From contig NIVC01001880.1 of assembly GCA_002269645.1 (NCBI GenBank), positions 1 to 64,000 of the forward strand: a DNA stretch of 64,000 nt, in the 5' to 3' direction. Of this stretch, positions 24,297 to 36,815 are shown in pieces. The DNA is from Macrostomum lignano. Taxonomy: Eukaryota. A program made the position numbers and the translations under genes. Numbering within the stretch: position 1 is the stretch's first letter; each line of letters starts with the position of its first letter. The notes below the pieces were generated by a model. The model did not search any database. It saw nothing but the letters and a program-made list of their open reading frames with translations, and was not told where the DNA came from.

Positions 24297-24790
24297 CTGA
24301 GAAGGGAGGGAATGAGAAGGGAGGGAATGAGAAGGGAGGGAATGAGAAGACAGGGAATGAGAAGGGAGGGAATGAGAAGGGAGGGAATGAGAAGGGAGGG
24401 AATGAGAAGGGAGGGAATGAGAAGGGAGGGAATGAGAAGGGAGGGAATGAGAAGGGAGGGAATGAGAAGGGAGGGAATGAGAAGGGAGGGAATGAGAAGG
24501 GAGGGAATGAGAAGGGAGGGAATGAGAAGGGAGGGAATGAGAAGGGAGGGAATGAGAAGGGAGGGAATGAGAAGGGAGGGAATGAGAAGGGAGGGAATGA
24601 GAAGGGAGGGAATGAGAAGGGAGGGAATGAGAAGGGAGGGAATGAGAAGGGAGGGAATGAGAAGGGAGGGAATGAGAAGGGAGGGAATGAGAAGGGAGGG
24701 AATGAGAAGGGAGGGAATGAGAAGGGAGGGAATGAGAAGGGAGGGAATGAGAAGGGAGGGAATGAGAAGGGAGGGAATGAGAAGGGAGGG
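24297..24790. repeat. Near-perfect 15-bp minisatellite (~33 copies)
   Basis: Unit GAAGGGAGGGAATGA. Confidence 0.97.
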
Positions 24791-25253
24791 GATCAGAAAG
24801 CATGAGACAGAGATATCTCAAAGGTAAAAAAGGAAGAAGACCATGTGAGAGAATGAGTGAGAATGGGAAGAAAGGAGAGCAGATGCAGGGGTAATCAGGT
24901 AGAGGCTGAGATGCTAAGGTAGCCAGAGAAGGGTCTCAGACGCAGGTACCTGATGAAGCTGGCAGGCAGCTCAATTAGCGGAGCAGCCCCGCACAGCCGA
25001 TAAAAAAACTCATCCTCATTTACCATGCGGATGTGAGCAGCCACCTCGCTCCTCCCACGTCCTTAATCTGCCCGCCAAATCAATGTTTATGCGAGCTACG
25101 GCTAAGCGAGTTTTGATCGTGCCGATTGCATCGCTGCCCCGGCACTGGAGCTGTTTGTCCACCGATTAGCGAGTTGCATTGGGTCAGCAGGTCTGAGTTC
25201 AGCTGGCTCTCAACTGCCAACTCAATCACCGACTCGAACTACTCATAAAAGTT

Positions 25254-25682
25254 CTGAATGACCAACTCAGATCGGTCATGAATCTTACTGAATGACCAAC
25301 TCAGATAGGTCATGAATCTTACTGAATGACCAACTCAGATCGGTCATGAATCTTACTGAATGACCAACTCAGATCGGTCATGAATCTTACTGAATGACCA
25401 ACTCAGATAGGTCATGAATCTTACTGAATGACCAACTCAGATCGGTCATGAATCTTACTGAATGACCAACTCAGATCGGTCATGAATCTTACTGAATGAC
25501 CAACTCAGATCGGTCATGAATCTTACTGAATGACCAACTCAGATCGGTCATGAATCTTACTGAATGACCAACTCAGATCGGTCATGAATCTTACTGAATG
25601 ACCAACTCAGATCGGTCATGAATCTTACTGAATGACCAACTCAGATCGGTCATGAATCTTACTGAATGACCAACTCAGATCG
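25254..25682. repeat. 34-bp minisatellite (~12.5 copies) with an internal 6-bp stem
   Basis: Unit ACTGAATGACCAACTCAGATCGGTCATGAATCTT (25321/25355); ATGACC...GGTCAT inverted; no spacers. Confidence 0.95.
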
Positions 25683-25999
25683 ATCATAGCAAGCTGAGCA
25701 TCAAGCTCAGCATCTCAGCATCTTAAGGATCATCTGTACTTCAGTCATATAACTTTCATGAAGAGACTAATATCTAAATCAGTGTTTCAGCCTATCACAA
25801 GTCTATTTTCCCTTCTTGAAAAAAAGAACTGAAGAAGGCAAAAAGGCGGCTAAAAATACAGTCGCTATCTGCCCACCCACGAGCTGCGGTGCGGGACTCT
25901 CGCCTCCGCTGATGAGGCGGGCAGCTTTTCTGCTCTAATCAGCAATGCAGCCTGCCCCATCTTTAATAATTTTACTTTCAAGGCCTTGTGTGCCACTAC

Positions 26000-26948
26000 G
26001 AGTCCCAGTCTCCAAGTCCCAGTCCCCAAGTCCCAGTCCCCAAGTCCCAGTCCCCAAGTCCCAGTCCCCAAGTCCCAGTCCCCAAGTCCCAGTCCCCAAG
26101 TCCCAGTCCCCAAGTCCCAGTCCCCAAGTCCCAGTCCCCAAGTCCCAGTCCCCAAGTCCCAGTCCCCAAGTCCCAGTCCCCAAGTCCCAGTCCCCAAGTC
26201 CCAGTCCCCAAGTCCCAGTCCCCAAGTCCCAGTCCCCAAGTCCCAGTCCCCAAGTCCCAGTCCCCAAGTCCCAGTCCCCAAGTCCCAGTCCCCAAGTCCC
26301 AGTCCCCAAGTCCCAGTCCCCAAGTCCCAGTCCCCAAGTCCCAGTCCCCAAGTCCCAGTCCCCAAGTCCCAGTCCCCAAGTCCCAGTCCCCAAGTCCCAG
26401 TCCCCAAGTCCCAGTCCCCAAGTCCCAGTCCCCAAGTCCCAGTCCCCAAGTCCCAGTCCCCAAGTCCCAGTCCCCAAGTCCCAGTCCCCAAGTCCCAGTC
26501 CCCAAGTCCCAGTCCCCAAGTCCCAGTCTCCAAGTCCCAGTCCCCAAGTCCCAGTCCCCAAGTCCCAGTCCCCAAGTCCCAGTCCCCAAGTCCCAGTCCC
26601 CAAGTCCCAGTCCCAAGTCCCAGTCCCCAAGTCCCAGTCCCCAAGTCCCAGTCCCCAAGTCCCAGTCCCCAAGTCCCAGTCCCCAAGTCCCAGTCCCCAA
26701 GTCTCAGTCCCAAGTCCCAGTCCCCAAGTCCCAGTCCCCAAGTCCCAGTCCCCAAGTCCCAGTCCCCAAGTCCCAGTCCCCAAGTCCCAGTCCCCAAGTC
26801 CCAGTCCCCAAGTCCCAGTCCCCAAGTCCCAGTCCCCAAGTCCCAGTCCCCAAGTCCCAGTCCCCAAGTCCCAGTCCCCAAGTCCCAGTCCCCAAGTCCC
26901 AGTCCCCAAGTCCCAGTCCCCAAGTCCCAGCCCCAAAGTCCCAGTTCC
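26000..26948. repeat. 14-bp minisatellite (~67 copies)
   Basis: Unit TCCCAGTCCCCAAG. Confidence 0.97.
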
Positions 26949-26958
26949 AGCCGCTCAC

Positions 26959-27108
26959 CAGTCCCCCAGGAAACTCGTCGCCCCGGCCGATGCGATTCAG
27001 AAAGCCGACCACGGAGTCGCCGATGTCGGTGACGCTGCGGCGGATGTTGGAGGCGAACACGACCGCCTGGCCTGAGGAGGGCAGCTGAAACAGGCGCTGG
27101 CCGCTCAT
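26959..27108 (-). CDS. Probable first coding exon, possibly the divergent dimerisation/docking (D/D) exon of the PKA-R gene
   Basis: ATG at 27108 follows an acceptor-like ATATTCAG by 8 nt; exactly 50 codons, then donor GTGAGC at 26958. DIGDSVVGFLNRI aligns by eye with the RII D/D helix DLVEFAVEYFTRL. Linkage to the PKA-R exons is inferred. Confidence 0.5.
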
Positions 27109-27519
27109 GCTGACCGCTGAATATTGTTGTGGCTCGCTGCGCAGCCTCCCCGGCACATTGAGGTCGGGTGCTTAAATAGAGGCCTGCCCAGACTCCGCTG
27201 CAGCGAATGGGAGGCTGGCTGCCGCCTCATCAAACTGCTCGACAATTCTGAGCAGTTGGGATTCGAAAGCCTACTCAGAAATCGTCTTCTCATATTTGGA
27301 AATCTACTCAAATCCGCCTCGCTTGATCCGATCATGCCGTGCTCGGAATTCAGTTTTTCACTAATAATTTTCTGCATCAGGAGAGCCTGCCGCCTTGCGA
27401 TGCGCACTTGGCATTTTTAGTGCGTGGGAGGCGGCTGGCTTGCCTGGGGACCGGCTGCTTGTCGGGACAATGGCTTCAGGGCTTTGCTGTGCCAAGTGCG
27501 GATGCAGGGGGCCGTTGCT

Positions 27520-28216
27520 CAGTCCAGAGTCTCAGTCTTCTCAGTCTACTCTCCAGTCTCCTTCTCAGTCTCCTTAGTCTTATCAGTCTCCCTATAGTCT
27601 CCTTCTCAGTCTCCCCAGTCTCCTTCTCAGTCTCCCTAGTCTTCTCAGTCTCCCTAGTCTCCTCAGTCTCCCTAGTCTTCTCAGTCTCCCTAGTCTCCTT
27701 CTCAGTCTCCCTAGTCTTCTCAGTCTCCCTAGTCTCCTTCTCAGTCTCCCTAGTCTTCTCAGTCTCCCTATAGTCTCCTTCTCAGTCTCCATAGTCTTCT
27801 CAGTCTCCCTAGTCTTCTCAGTCTCCCTATAGTCTCCTTCTCAGTCTCCCTAGTCTTCTCAGTCTCCCTAGTCTTCTCAGTCTCCCTAGTCTCCTTCTCA
27901 GTCTCCCTAGTCTTATCAGTCTCCCTAGTCTCCTTCTCAGTCTCCCTAGTCTTATCAGTCTCCCTAGTCTCCTTCTCAGTCTGCCTAGTCTCCTTCTCAG
28001 TCTCCTTCTCAGTCTCCTTCTCAGTCTCCCTAGTCTCCTTCTCAGTCTCCCTAGTCTCCTTCTCAGTCTCCCTAGCCTCCTTCTCAGTCTCCCTAGTCTC
28101 CTTCTCAGTCTCCCTAGTCTCCTTCTCAGTCTCCCTAGCCTCCTTCTCAGTCTCCCTAGTCTCCTTCTCAGTCTCCCTAGTCTCCTCAGTCTCCCTAGTC
28201 TCCTTCTCAGTCTCCC
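27520..28216. repeat. 18-21-bp variant minisatellite
   Basis: Unit ~TCTCAGTCTCCCTAGTCTCCT. Confidence 0.93.
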
Positions 28217-28929
28217 TCCTGATGCCTTTCTCAGCCTCCTGGGCTTCTGCCTGCGTCTCAATTTACTTGCAATCTTCATCTTAGCCGTCTCCCCCTCCAG
28301 CCCACCTACACTTATCCGCTTCTCACTTGAGCAGCTCAGCAGCCTCGCCCTCGCTCTGCCGCTCAAATTTCTTTCACTTCCCGCCCGCCTGCGGCAATAA
28401 TTGAATTAGCTCAGCTACCGCGGCCCCGGAGGGCGAACCCGGGCCCGTCGCCTGTTCAAGCGGATCTTCGGCATCGGAAGGAAGAGAGACAGCTGCCTTC
28501 CCTGAGCACATGAAGAGTTCAACTCAGCCACTCCCCCAGCCTCCTCAGCGCCATTTGTGCAATAATCCTCAAATACCTCCGGCTAATCCTGCTAATCCCC
28601 TGCTCAGACTAATTCCCCCGCCAGCCGTGCCGCAAAGTAGATCCGCTGCGCGGAGTCACGCGATGTCTTCAATGGCAGCCCGAGTAATCTCATTGTGACG
28701 GAATTTCTGGTTTGAGTCTGCAATTGCCCAATCTCTGCTGCTCAACATCAAGCAGCCTCGCTGAGGCCTTTGTTATAATCATTGTCGGGCTTTTTTACAT
28801 TTTCAATTGCGCATTTGAGCAGCACTTGCCTGCCAAATTGCTCTTTTATCTGCTAGCTGCTTCAGCATCAAAAACGCGTCTTTTTCTAACTACTCTACTC
28901 CCGTCAGTAGTCTGATACGAATGTGCAGA

Positions 28930-29090
28930 GACTCTTCTCAGTCTGAATCTGAGTCTCCTTCCCAGTCCGCATCTCAGTCTCCTTCCCAGTCTGCATCTCA
29001 GTCTCCTTCCCAGTCTGCATCTGAGTCTCCTTCTCAGCCTGCATCTCAGTCCCTTCTCAATCTGAATCTCCGTCTCCTTCTTAGTCTGCG
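28930..29090. repeat. Degenerate 24-bp repeat sharing the TCTCAGTCTCC core with 27520-28216
   Basis: TCTCAGTCTCCTTCCCAGTCTGCA units. Confidence 0.8.
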
Positions 29091-29386
29091 TTTCAAATTT
29101 TATTTCTGTCTAGATTTCAGCTTCCTCAGTTTTCCTGAGTTAAAAAAGCGTATAATTCTAACTAATCTACTCACGTGAGTAGTCTGGTAAGAAAGCGCCA
29201 GAAGCCGCCAAGTGCGGAAATTCGGCTCAGCAGGAAGGCAGTGAGCCAGAGATAAGAGCGGCAGGCAGGTGGGCGATCCGATAAGAACTCTCCTTAACCG
29301 GACTCAGACGAGAGCCGAGGCCGCCTATAAAGCACCCATAGAAAGGAAAAGAAGAGCTGAGCTGCTCATTGCACCTGCCGCTCGTC

Positions 29387-31161
29387 ATGGAGTCGCTTGA
29401 CCGCCGGCTCTCGCAGCTGCTCAAGGACAATCCGGACGTCCTACCTGCCACAGACGATCGGGCCTGGTGGGCCTATGCCGAGGCCTGCGTGCTCAGCCGG
29501 CGCCGACTCAGCTGGCGCCTGTTTCAAGCGCGCAGAAGAGCGCGCGAATTGCCGCGAATCTGCGCCATCGGCCTGCTACGCGTCAGCCTCCTGCTGGTGC
29601 TGCTGGTGGCCGGCGTGGCCACCGCTCGGTACCACCTGCGACAGACCGGCGGCCTGGAGGACGCCGTCCTGACCGCCAGCTTCCACCTGCGCCGCGTCTC
29701 CGTAGCGCTGGGGCTCCACAGGCTGCGCTACCTGCAGGATGCCGCGGTCACGGAGGCCCCCTGCCTGCTGCCCGCGCCGCTGCCTGACTGGGGCGCCGCG
29801 GCGCCCAACCAGAGCGGTGCGCAATGGTGACGGGTCATTGTGGTGACGGGTCATTGTGGTGACGGGTCATTGTGGTGACGGGTCATTGTGGTGACGGGTC
29901 ATTGTGGTGACGGGTCATTGTGGTGACGGGTCATTGTGGTGACGGGTCATTGTGGTGACAGGGTCATTGTGGTGACGGGTCATTGTGGTGACGGGTCATT
30001 GTGGTGACGGGTCATTGTGGTGACGGGTCATTGTGGTGACGGGTCATTGTGGTGACGGGTCATTGTGGTGACGGGTCATTGTGGTGACAGGTCATTGTGG
30101 TGACGGGTCATTGTGGTGACGGGTCATTGTGGTGACGGGTCATTGTGGTGACGGGTTATTGTGGTGACGGGTCATTGTGGTGACAGGGTCATTGTGGTGA
30201 CGGGTCATTGTGGTGACGGGTCATTGTGGTGACGGTTCATTGTGGTGACGGGTCATTGTGGTGACGGGTCATTGTGGTGACGGGTCATTGTGGTGACGGG
30301 TCATTGTGGTGACGGGTCATTGTGGTGACAGGGTCATTGTGGTGACTATTTCGATGACTGGCTTGGTGTTGGTGACGTGTAATTTTGATCGTCATTTGGT
30401 CGACTTTGCCAATCATACTGTTCAGAAGCGCCTCCTGTCTGCCCTGCCCCCCAGGCGCCGAGTCCTGCTGCCTGTGCAGCTTCGAGGTCCGGCAGTCGCG
30501 GCTGCGCAACCTGACGGCCGCCGTGGCCAACTACCGCACCGTGGCGTCGCGGCCGCAGCCGAAGCCGTTCGTGCTGACCAACGGTGGCGTCGCGGTCAGC
30601 TACGCGGAGCTCCGCAAGGTGTACCTGACTCACCGCGCCAGCATCGAGTCCACCGGCTACAACTGGGTCAGTCGGCTGGCTGACGGCCACGACTACGCTG
30701 ACCTGGTTGTGTCCGGCGGTCTGTCCGAGCTTTTCGCCGATCCGTCCGGTCCGCCGGCCGGAGCCGCCATCGCCTGGCGCGTCATGCACGTCGAGGCGGT
30801 CCGCCAGCTCCGCCGCCTGGTCCCGCGGCCGGCCTTCGTCGCCGCGGAGATGGAGATCGGCCTGCTGCGCCAGCTGGTCTTCCTGGGCTCCGGCTGGCCG
30901 GCCGGCCGGGAGGCGCCGCTTCGCCTGCCTCGCGAGATGCAGAACGTGCACCTGACCTTGCTGGACGGTGAGCCGGTTGTCGTGACGCTGAGCCCGCGGC
31001 TCGGCTGCGGCTGTCCCGCCGGGGTGCGCGCGGTGCCCCTGCGGCCCGGCGAGCTGCTGTTCTACCGGGCCGCCTGCCACCAGGTCGGCGTGGCGCGGGC
31101 GGGCGCTGCTGGCTCCGCTCCGCTGCCCTTCTCCGTGCTGCACGTCGGCTGCCAGCTGTGA
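29387..31161 (+). CDS. C6orf89/BRAP-like type-II membrane protein with cupin-like C-terminus; exons 29387-29826 and 30429-31161
   Basis: N-terminal TM (IGLLRVSLLLVLLVAGVA). GEPVVVTLSPRLGCGCPAGVRAVPLRPGELLFY resembles my recollection of human C6orf89 GEAMLQLIPPFQCRRHCQSVAMPIEPGDIGY. Donor GT at 29827 and acceptor AG at 30427-30428 join in phase 2 (QC-ASCLPC). Confidence 0.6.
29827..30345. repeat. 16-bp minisatellite filling the intron from the donor onward (~32 copies)
   Basis: Unit GTGACGGGTCATTGTG. Confidence 0.96.
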
Positions 31162-31346
31162 ACCGGCTCCGCGCGCGCCAGCTGCGCCCTGGAGCCTGCA
31201 GTGCATGCATGAGCTGGGCGGGCCTTCTAAATATATATTTTTAGCTTCTAAACTTACGCACAAAATTGCATAGAAGCACCGGTTTTGTTTCTCAAATTTT
31301 TATCGGCAACTTCAGGCTGCCTTTTTTTTGTCCGCCTGACGCAGAC

Positions 31347-32121
31347 ATGACCTGACCTGACCAATACCTGACCTGACCTGACCAAGACCTGACCAATACC
31401 TCACCTGACCTGACCAAGACATGACCTGACCTGACCAAGACCTGACTTGACCTGACCAAGACCTGACCAATACCTCACCTGACCTGACCAAGACATGACC
31501 TGACCTGACCAAGACCTGACTTGACCTGACCAAGACCTGACCAAATCTGACCTGACCAAGACCTGACCTGACCAAGACCTGACCAATACCTGACCTGACC
31601 TGACCAAGACCTGACCTGACCTGACCAAGACCTGACTTGACCTGACCAAGACCTGACCAAATCTGACCTGACCAAACCTGACCTGACAAAGACCTGACCA
31701 AATCTGACCTGACCAAGACCTGACCTGACCAAGACCTGACCAAGACCTGACTTGACCTGACCAAGACCTGACCTGACCTGACCAAGACCTGACCTGACCT
31801 GACCAAGACCTGACCAAGACCTGACCTGACCTGACCAAGACCTGACCTGACCTGACCAAGACCTGACCAAGACCTGACCAAGACCTGACCTGACCTGACC
31901 TGACCTGACCAAGACCTGACCTGACCAAGACCTCACCTAATCTGACCTGACCAAGACCTGACCTGACCTGACCAAGACCTGACCAAGACCTGACCAAGAC
32001 CTGACCAAGACCTGACCAAGACCTGACCAAGACCTGACCTGACCTGAACAAGACCTGACCTGACCAAGACCTCACCTAATCTGACCTGACCAAGACCTGA
32101 CCTGACCTGACCTGACCTGAT
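31347..32121. repeat. Variant satellite of CCTGA / CCAAGA modules
   Basis: CCTGACCTGACCAAGA-type higher-order units. Confidence 0.93.
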
Positions 32122-32719
32122 CAAGACTTCGGTGACAAGGTTTCGGTGACAAAAGCTTTCAGAAGTGATAAAAAATGTTCGTATTTCAGGCTTTTACGCC
32201 ACTCTTCAAGTCCGTCAGTCCGACCAGCCAAAGTTAGCAAATTTGAATATCAATATTTCCGTTGCCGTCACCGGCCGCAAGCCCCAGCCAATGCGTTGCC
32301 AGTGCTCAGAGGAAAGTTCTGCCCATCTTTTCCCTAGAAAGTGCAGCAGAGACCCGGCCAGCAGCAGAGGATGGGAAGAGCAGCGAGCTAGCTGCATGCG
32401 AACTCCGCTGACAGTTCAGGGTTTTGACGTCCGATTCGATTTTTTCGATTCGACTTCTCTTTTCCAGCCGCCTGCCGCCCCGGCTCTCAACTGACCCAAG
32501 GGGGGGGGGGTCGGGGGGATTTCCCGGGATCCGCAATCCCGGCTCCCCTTGCACGTTTCCCCCCCCCCCCCCAGCCGGGCCATGATTTCTAATTCGAGGG
32601 TTTGAAGCCTTCGGCCGCTGAACTGCGCGGCCTGCTCAGAAACTGAAGAGCGGCGGAAGAAGAATGAAGATGAAGGGGTGGGGAACAGATGGAAAATGAG
32701 GGAAAATATATGAGATACA

Positions 32720-35090
32720 AGGATAGAGGGGAGAAGAATAGGCAGACAATGAGAGAAGAATAGGCAGACAGGGAGAGAAGGAGAGGCAGACAGGGAGAGA
32801 AGGAGAGACAGACAGGGAGAGAAGGAGAGGCAGACAGGGAGAGAAGGAGAGACAGACAGGGAGAGAAGGAGAGGCAGACAGGGAGATAAGGAGAGACAGA
32901 CAGGGAGAGAAGGAGAGACAGACAGTGAGAGAAGAGGAGACAGACAGGGAGAGAAGGAGAGGCAGACAGGGAGAGAAGGAGAGGCAGACAGAGAGAGAAG
33001 GAGAGGCAGACAGGGAGAGAAGGAGAGGCAGACAGGGAGAGAAGGAGAGGCAGACAGGGAGAGAAGGAGAGGCAGACAGAGAGAGAAGGAGAGGCAGACA
33101 GGGAGAGAAGGAGAGGCAGACAGAGAGAGAAGGAGAGGCAGACAGGGAGAGAAGGAGAGGCAGACAGGGAGAGAAGGAGAGGCAGACAGGGAGAGAAGGA
33201 GAGGCAGACAGAGAGAGAAGGAGAGGCAGACAGGGAGAGAAGGAGAGGCAGACAGGGAGAGAAGGAGAGGCAGACAGGGAGAGAAGGAGATGCAGACAGG
33301 GAGAGAAGGAGAGGCAGACAGGGAGAGAAGGAGAGACAGACAGGGAGAGAAGGAGAGACAGACAGGGAGAGAAGGAGAGGCAGACAGGGAGAGAAGGAGA
33401 GACAGACAGGGAGAGAAGGAGATGCAGACAGGGAGAGAAGGAGAGACAGACAGGGAGAGAAGGAGATGCAGACGGGGAGAGAAGGAGAGACAGACAGGGA
33501 GAGAAGGAGAGGCAGACAGGGAGAGAAGGAGATGCAGACAGGGAGAGAAGGAGAGGCAGACAGGACGAGAAGGAGAGACAGACAGGGAGAGAAGGAGAGG
33601 CAGACAGGGAGAGAAGGAGATGCAGACAGGGAGAGAAGGAGAGGCAGACAGGACGAGAAGGAGAGACAGACAGGGAGAGAAGGAGAGGCAGACAGGGAGA
33701 GAAGGAGAGGCAGACAGGGAGAGAAGGAGATGCAGACACGGAGAGAAGGAGATGCAGACACGGAGAGAAGGAGAGACAGACAGGGAGAGAAGGAGAGGCA
33801 GACAGGACGAGAAGGAGAGACAGACAGGGAGAGAAGGAGAGACAGACAGGGAGAGAAGGAGATGCAGACACGGAGAGAAGGAGATGCAGACAGGGAGAGA
33901 AGGAGATGCAGACAGGGAGAGAAGGAGAGACAGACAGGGAGAGGAGGAGAGGCAGACAGGGAGAGAAGGAGAGGCAGACAGGGAGAGAAGGAGAGGCAGA
34001 CAGGGAGAGAAGGAGAGACAGACAGGGAGAGGAGGAGAGGCAGACAGGGAGAGAAGGAGAGACAGACAGGGAGAGGAGGAGAGGCAGACAGGGAGAGAAG
34101 GAGAGACAGACAGGGAGAGGAGGAGAGGCAGACAGGGAGAGAAGGAGAGACAGACAGGGAGAGAAGGAGAGACAGACAGGACGAGAAGGAGAGGCAGACA
34201 GGACGAGAAGGAGAGACAGACAGGACGAGAAGGAGAGACAGACAGGACGAGAAGGAGAGACAGACAGGGAGAGGAGGAGAGGCAGACAGGGAGAGAAGGA
34301 GAGACAGACAGGGAGAGGAGGAGAGGCAGACAGGGAGAGAAGGAGAGACAGACAGGGAGAGAAGGAGAGACAGACAGGGAGAGAAGGAGAGGCAGACAGG
34401 ACGAGAAGGAGAGATAGACAGGGAGAGAAGGAGAGATAGACAGGGAGAGAAGGAGAGATAGACAGGGAGAGAAGGAGATGCAGACAGGGAGAGAAGGAGA
34501 TGCAGACAGGGAGAGAAGGAGAGACAGACAGGGAGAGGAGGAGAGGCAGACAGGGAGAGAAGGAGAGACAGACAGGGAGAGGAGGAGAGGCAGACAGGGA
34601 GAGAAGGAGAGGCAGACAGGGAGAGAAGGAGAGACAGACAGGACGAGAAGGAGAGACAGACAGGGAGAGGAGGAGAGGCAGACAGGGAGAGAAGGAGAGA
34701 CAGACAGGGAGAGGAGGAGAGGCAGACAGGGAGAGAAGGAGAGACAGACAGGGAGAGAAGGAGAGACAGACAGGACGAGAAGAAGAGGCAGACAGGACGA
34801 GAAGGAGAGACAGACAGGACGAGAAGGAGAGACAGACAGGACGAGAAGGAGAGACAGACAGGGAGAGAAGGAGATGCAGACAGGGAGAGAAGGAGAGACA
34901 GACAGGGAGAGAAGGAGATGCAGACGGGGAGAGAAGGAGAGACAGACAGGGAGAGAAGGAGAGGCAGACAGGGAGAGAAGGAGATGCAGACAGGGAGAGA
35001 AGGAGAGGCAGACAGGACGAGAAGGAGAGACAGACAGGGAGAGAAGGAGAGGCAGACAGGGAGAGAAGGAGATGCAGACAGGGAGAGGGA
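32720..35090. repeat. 22-bp purine-rich minisatellite (~105 copies)
   Basis: Unit GGGAGAGAAGGAGA(G/C)(G/A)CAGACA; accounts for all ORFs at 32416-35206. Confidence 0.96.
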
Positions 35091-35246
35091 GCAAGAAGGG
35101 ATAGACCAGGAGAAGAAGATAAGAGACGAAGGGAGAAAAGAAGCAGCGGGAAGAGAGGGGGAGAGGCGAACAGGGAGGAGGAAGAATGAGTAGAGACTGT
35201 AGGCAAGAGGAATCTGAAAAAACTCAGAGACGGGAGATCAGCAGAG

Positions 35247-35746
<500 letters not shown>

Positions 35747-35972
35747 AACCTGAGCAGAAATATGCGGAACCGCGGCTCACAGGCGCAGCTTCCGCCTGCT
35801 GAGTGGGTGATGATGAAGTGCAGCGCCCGGGCCGGGGGGGGGGCACCGCACTTCTCGAGCCCTCCAAGCCTTTTGCAGCGGAACCGCCTGAGCCAGCGCG
35901 AGAGAGCGCGTGAATAAGTGAGTGGCCCGGAGGGAGGGGCGGCGGCGGCTTCCGGTGTGCCGGCCGGCCTGG

Positions 35973-36815
35973 CGGCGCCATGGAATACTAGCAGTATCTG
36001 GAGTAGGCGGCGCCATGGAATACTAGCAGTATCTGGAGTAGGCGGCGCCATGGAATACCAGCAGTATCTGGAGTAGGCGGCGCCATGGAATACTAGCAGT
36101 ATCTGGAGTAGGCGGCACCATGGAATACCAGCAGTATCTGGAGTAGGCGGCGCCATGGAATACTAGCAGTATCTGGAGTAGGCGGCGCCATGGAATACTA
36201 GCAGTATCTGGAGTAGGCGGCACCATGGAATACCAGCAGTATCTGGAGTAGGCGGCGCCATGGAATACCAGCAGTATCTGGAGTAGGCGGCGCCATGGAA
36301 TACCAGCAGTATCTGGAGTAGGCGGCGCCATGGAATACCAGCAGTATCTGGAGTAGGCGGCGCCATAGAATACTAGCAGTATCTGGAGTAGGCGGCGCCA
36401 TAGAATACTAGCAGTATCTGGAGTAGGCGGCGCCATGGAATACTAGCAGTATCTGGAGTAGGCGGCGCCATAGAATACCAGCAGTATCTGGAGTAGGCGG
36501 TGCCATGGAATACCAGCAGTATCTGGAGTAGGCGGCGCCATGGAATACTAGCAGTATCTGGAGTAGGCGGCGCCATGGAATACCAGCAGTATCTGGAGTA
36601 GGCGGCGCCATGGAATACCAGCAGTATCTGGAGTAGGCGGCGCCAGCAGTATCTGGAGTAGGGGCGCCAGCAGTATCTGGAGTAGGGGGCACCAGCAGTA
36701 TCTGGAGTAGGGGGCACCAGCAGTATCTGGAGTAGGGGGCGCCAGCAGTATCTGGAGTAGGCAGCGCCAGCAGTATCTGGAGTAGGCGGCACCAGCAGTA
36801 TCTGGAGTAGGCGGC
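35973..36815. repeat. 35-bp minisatellite that shortens to 23-bp units at its right end
   Basis: Unit GGCGGCGCCATGGAATAC(T/C)AGCAGTATCTGGAGTA; after ~36640 units are GGGGCGCCAGCAGTATCTGGAGT-like. Confidence 0.95.

Noticed and set aside
24950-25030. Small minus-strand exon (MVNEDEFFYRLCG...SFI) as the missing PKA-R linker; also a donor-like site near 24030
   Set aside because: Phase does not bridge the flanking exons and there is no RII-like motif.
25254-25682. CRISPR-like 34-bp partly palindromic repeats (also the 35-bp array at 35973 and the 34-bp array at 44306)
   Set aside because: Units are directly adjacent with no unique spacers, there are no cas genes, and the context is eukaryotic.
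32416-35206. Very long ORFs (up to 892 aa) on both strands; likewise ORFs at 7999-9425, 21537-22556, 24126-24827, 25865-27088, 31312-32075, 38997-39764
   Set aside because: All are translations of stop-free minisatellites, open in several frames at once.
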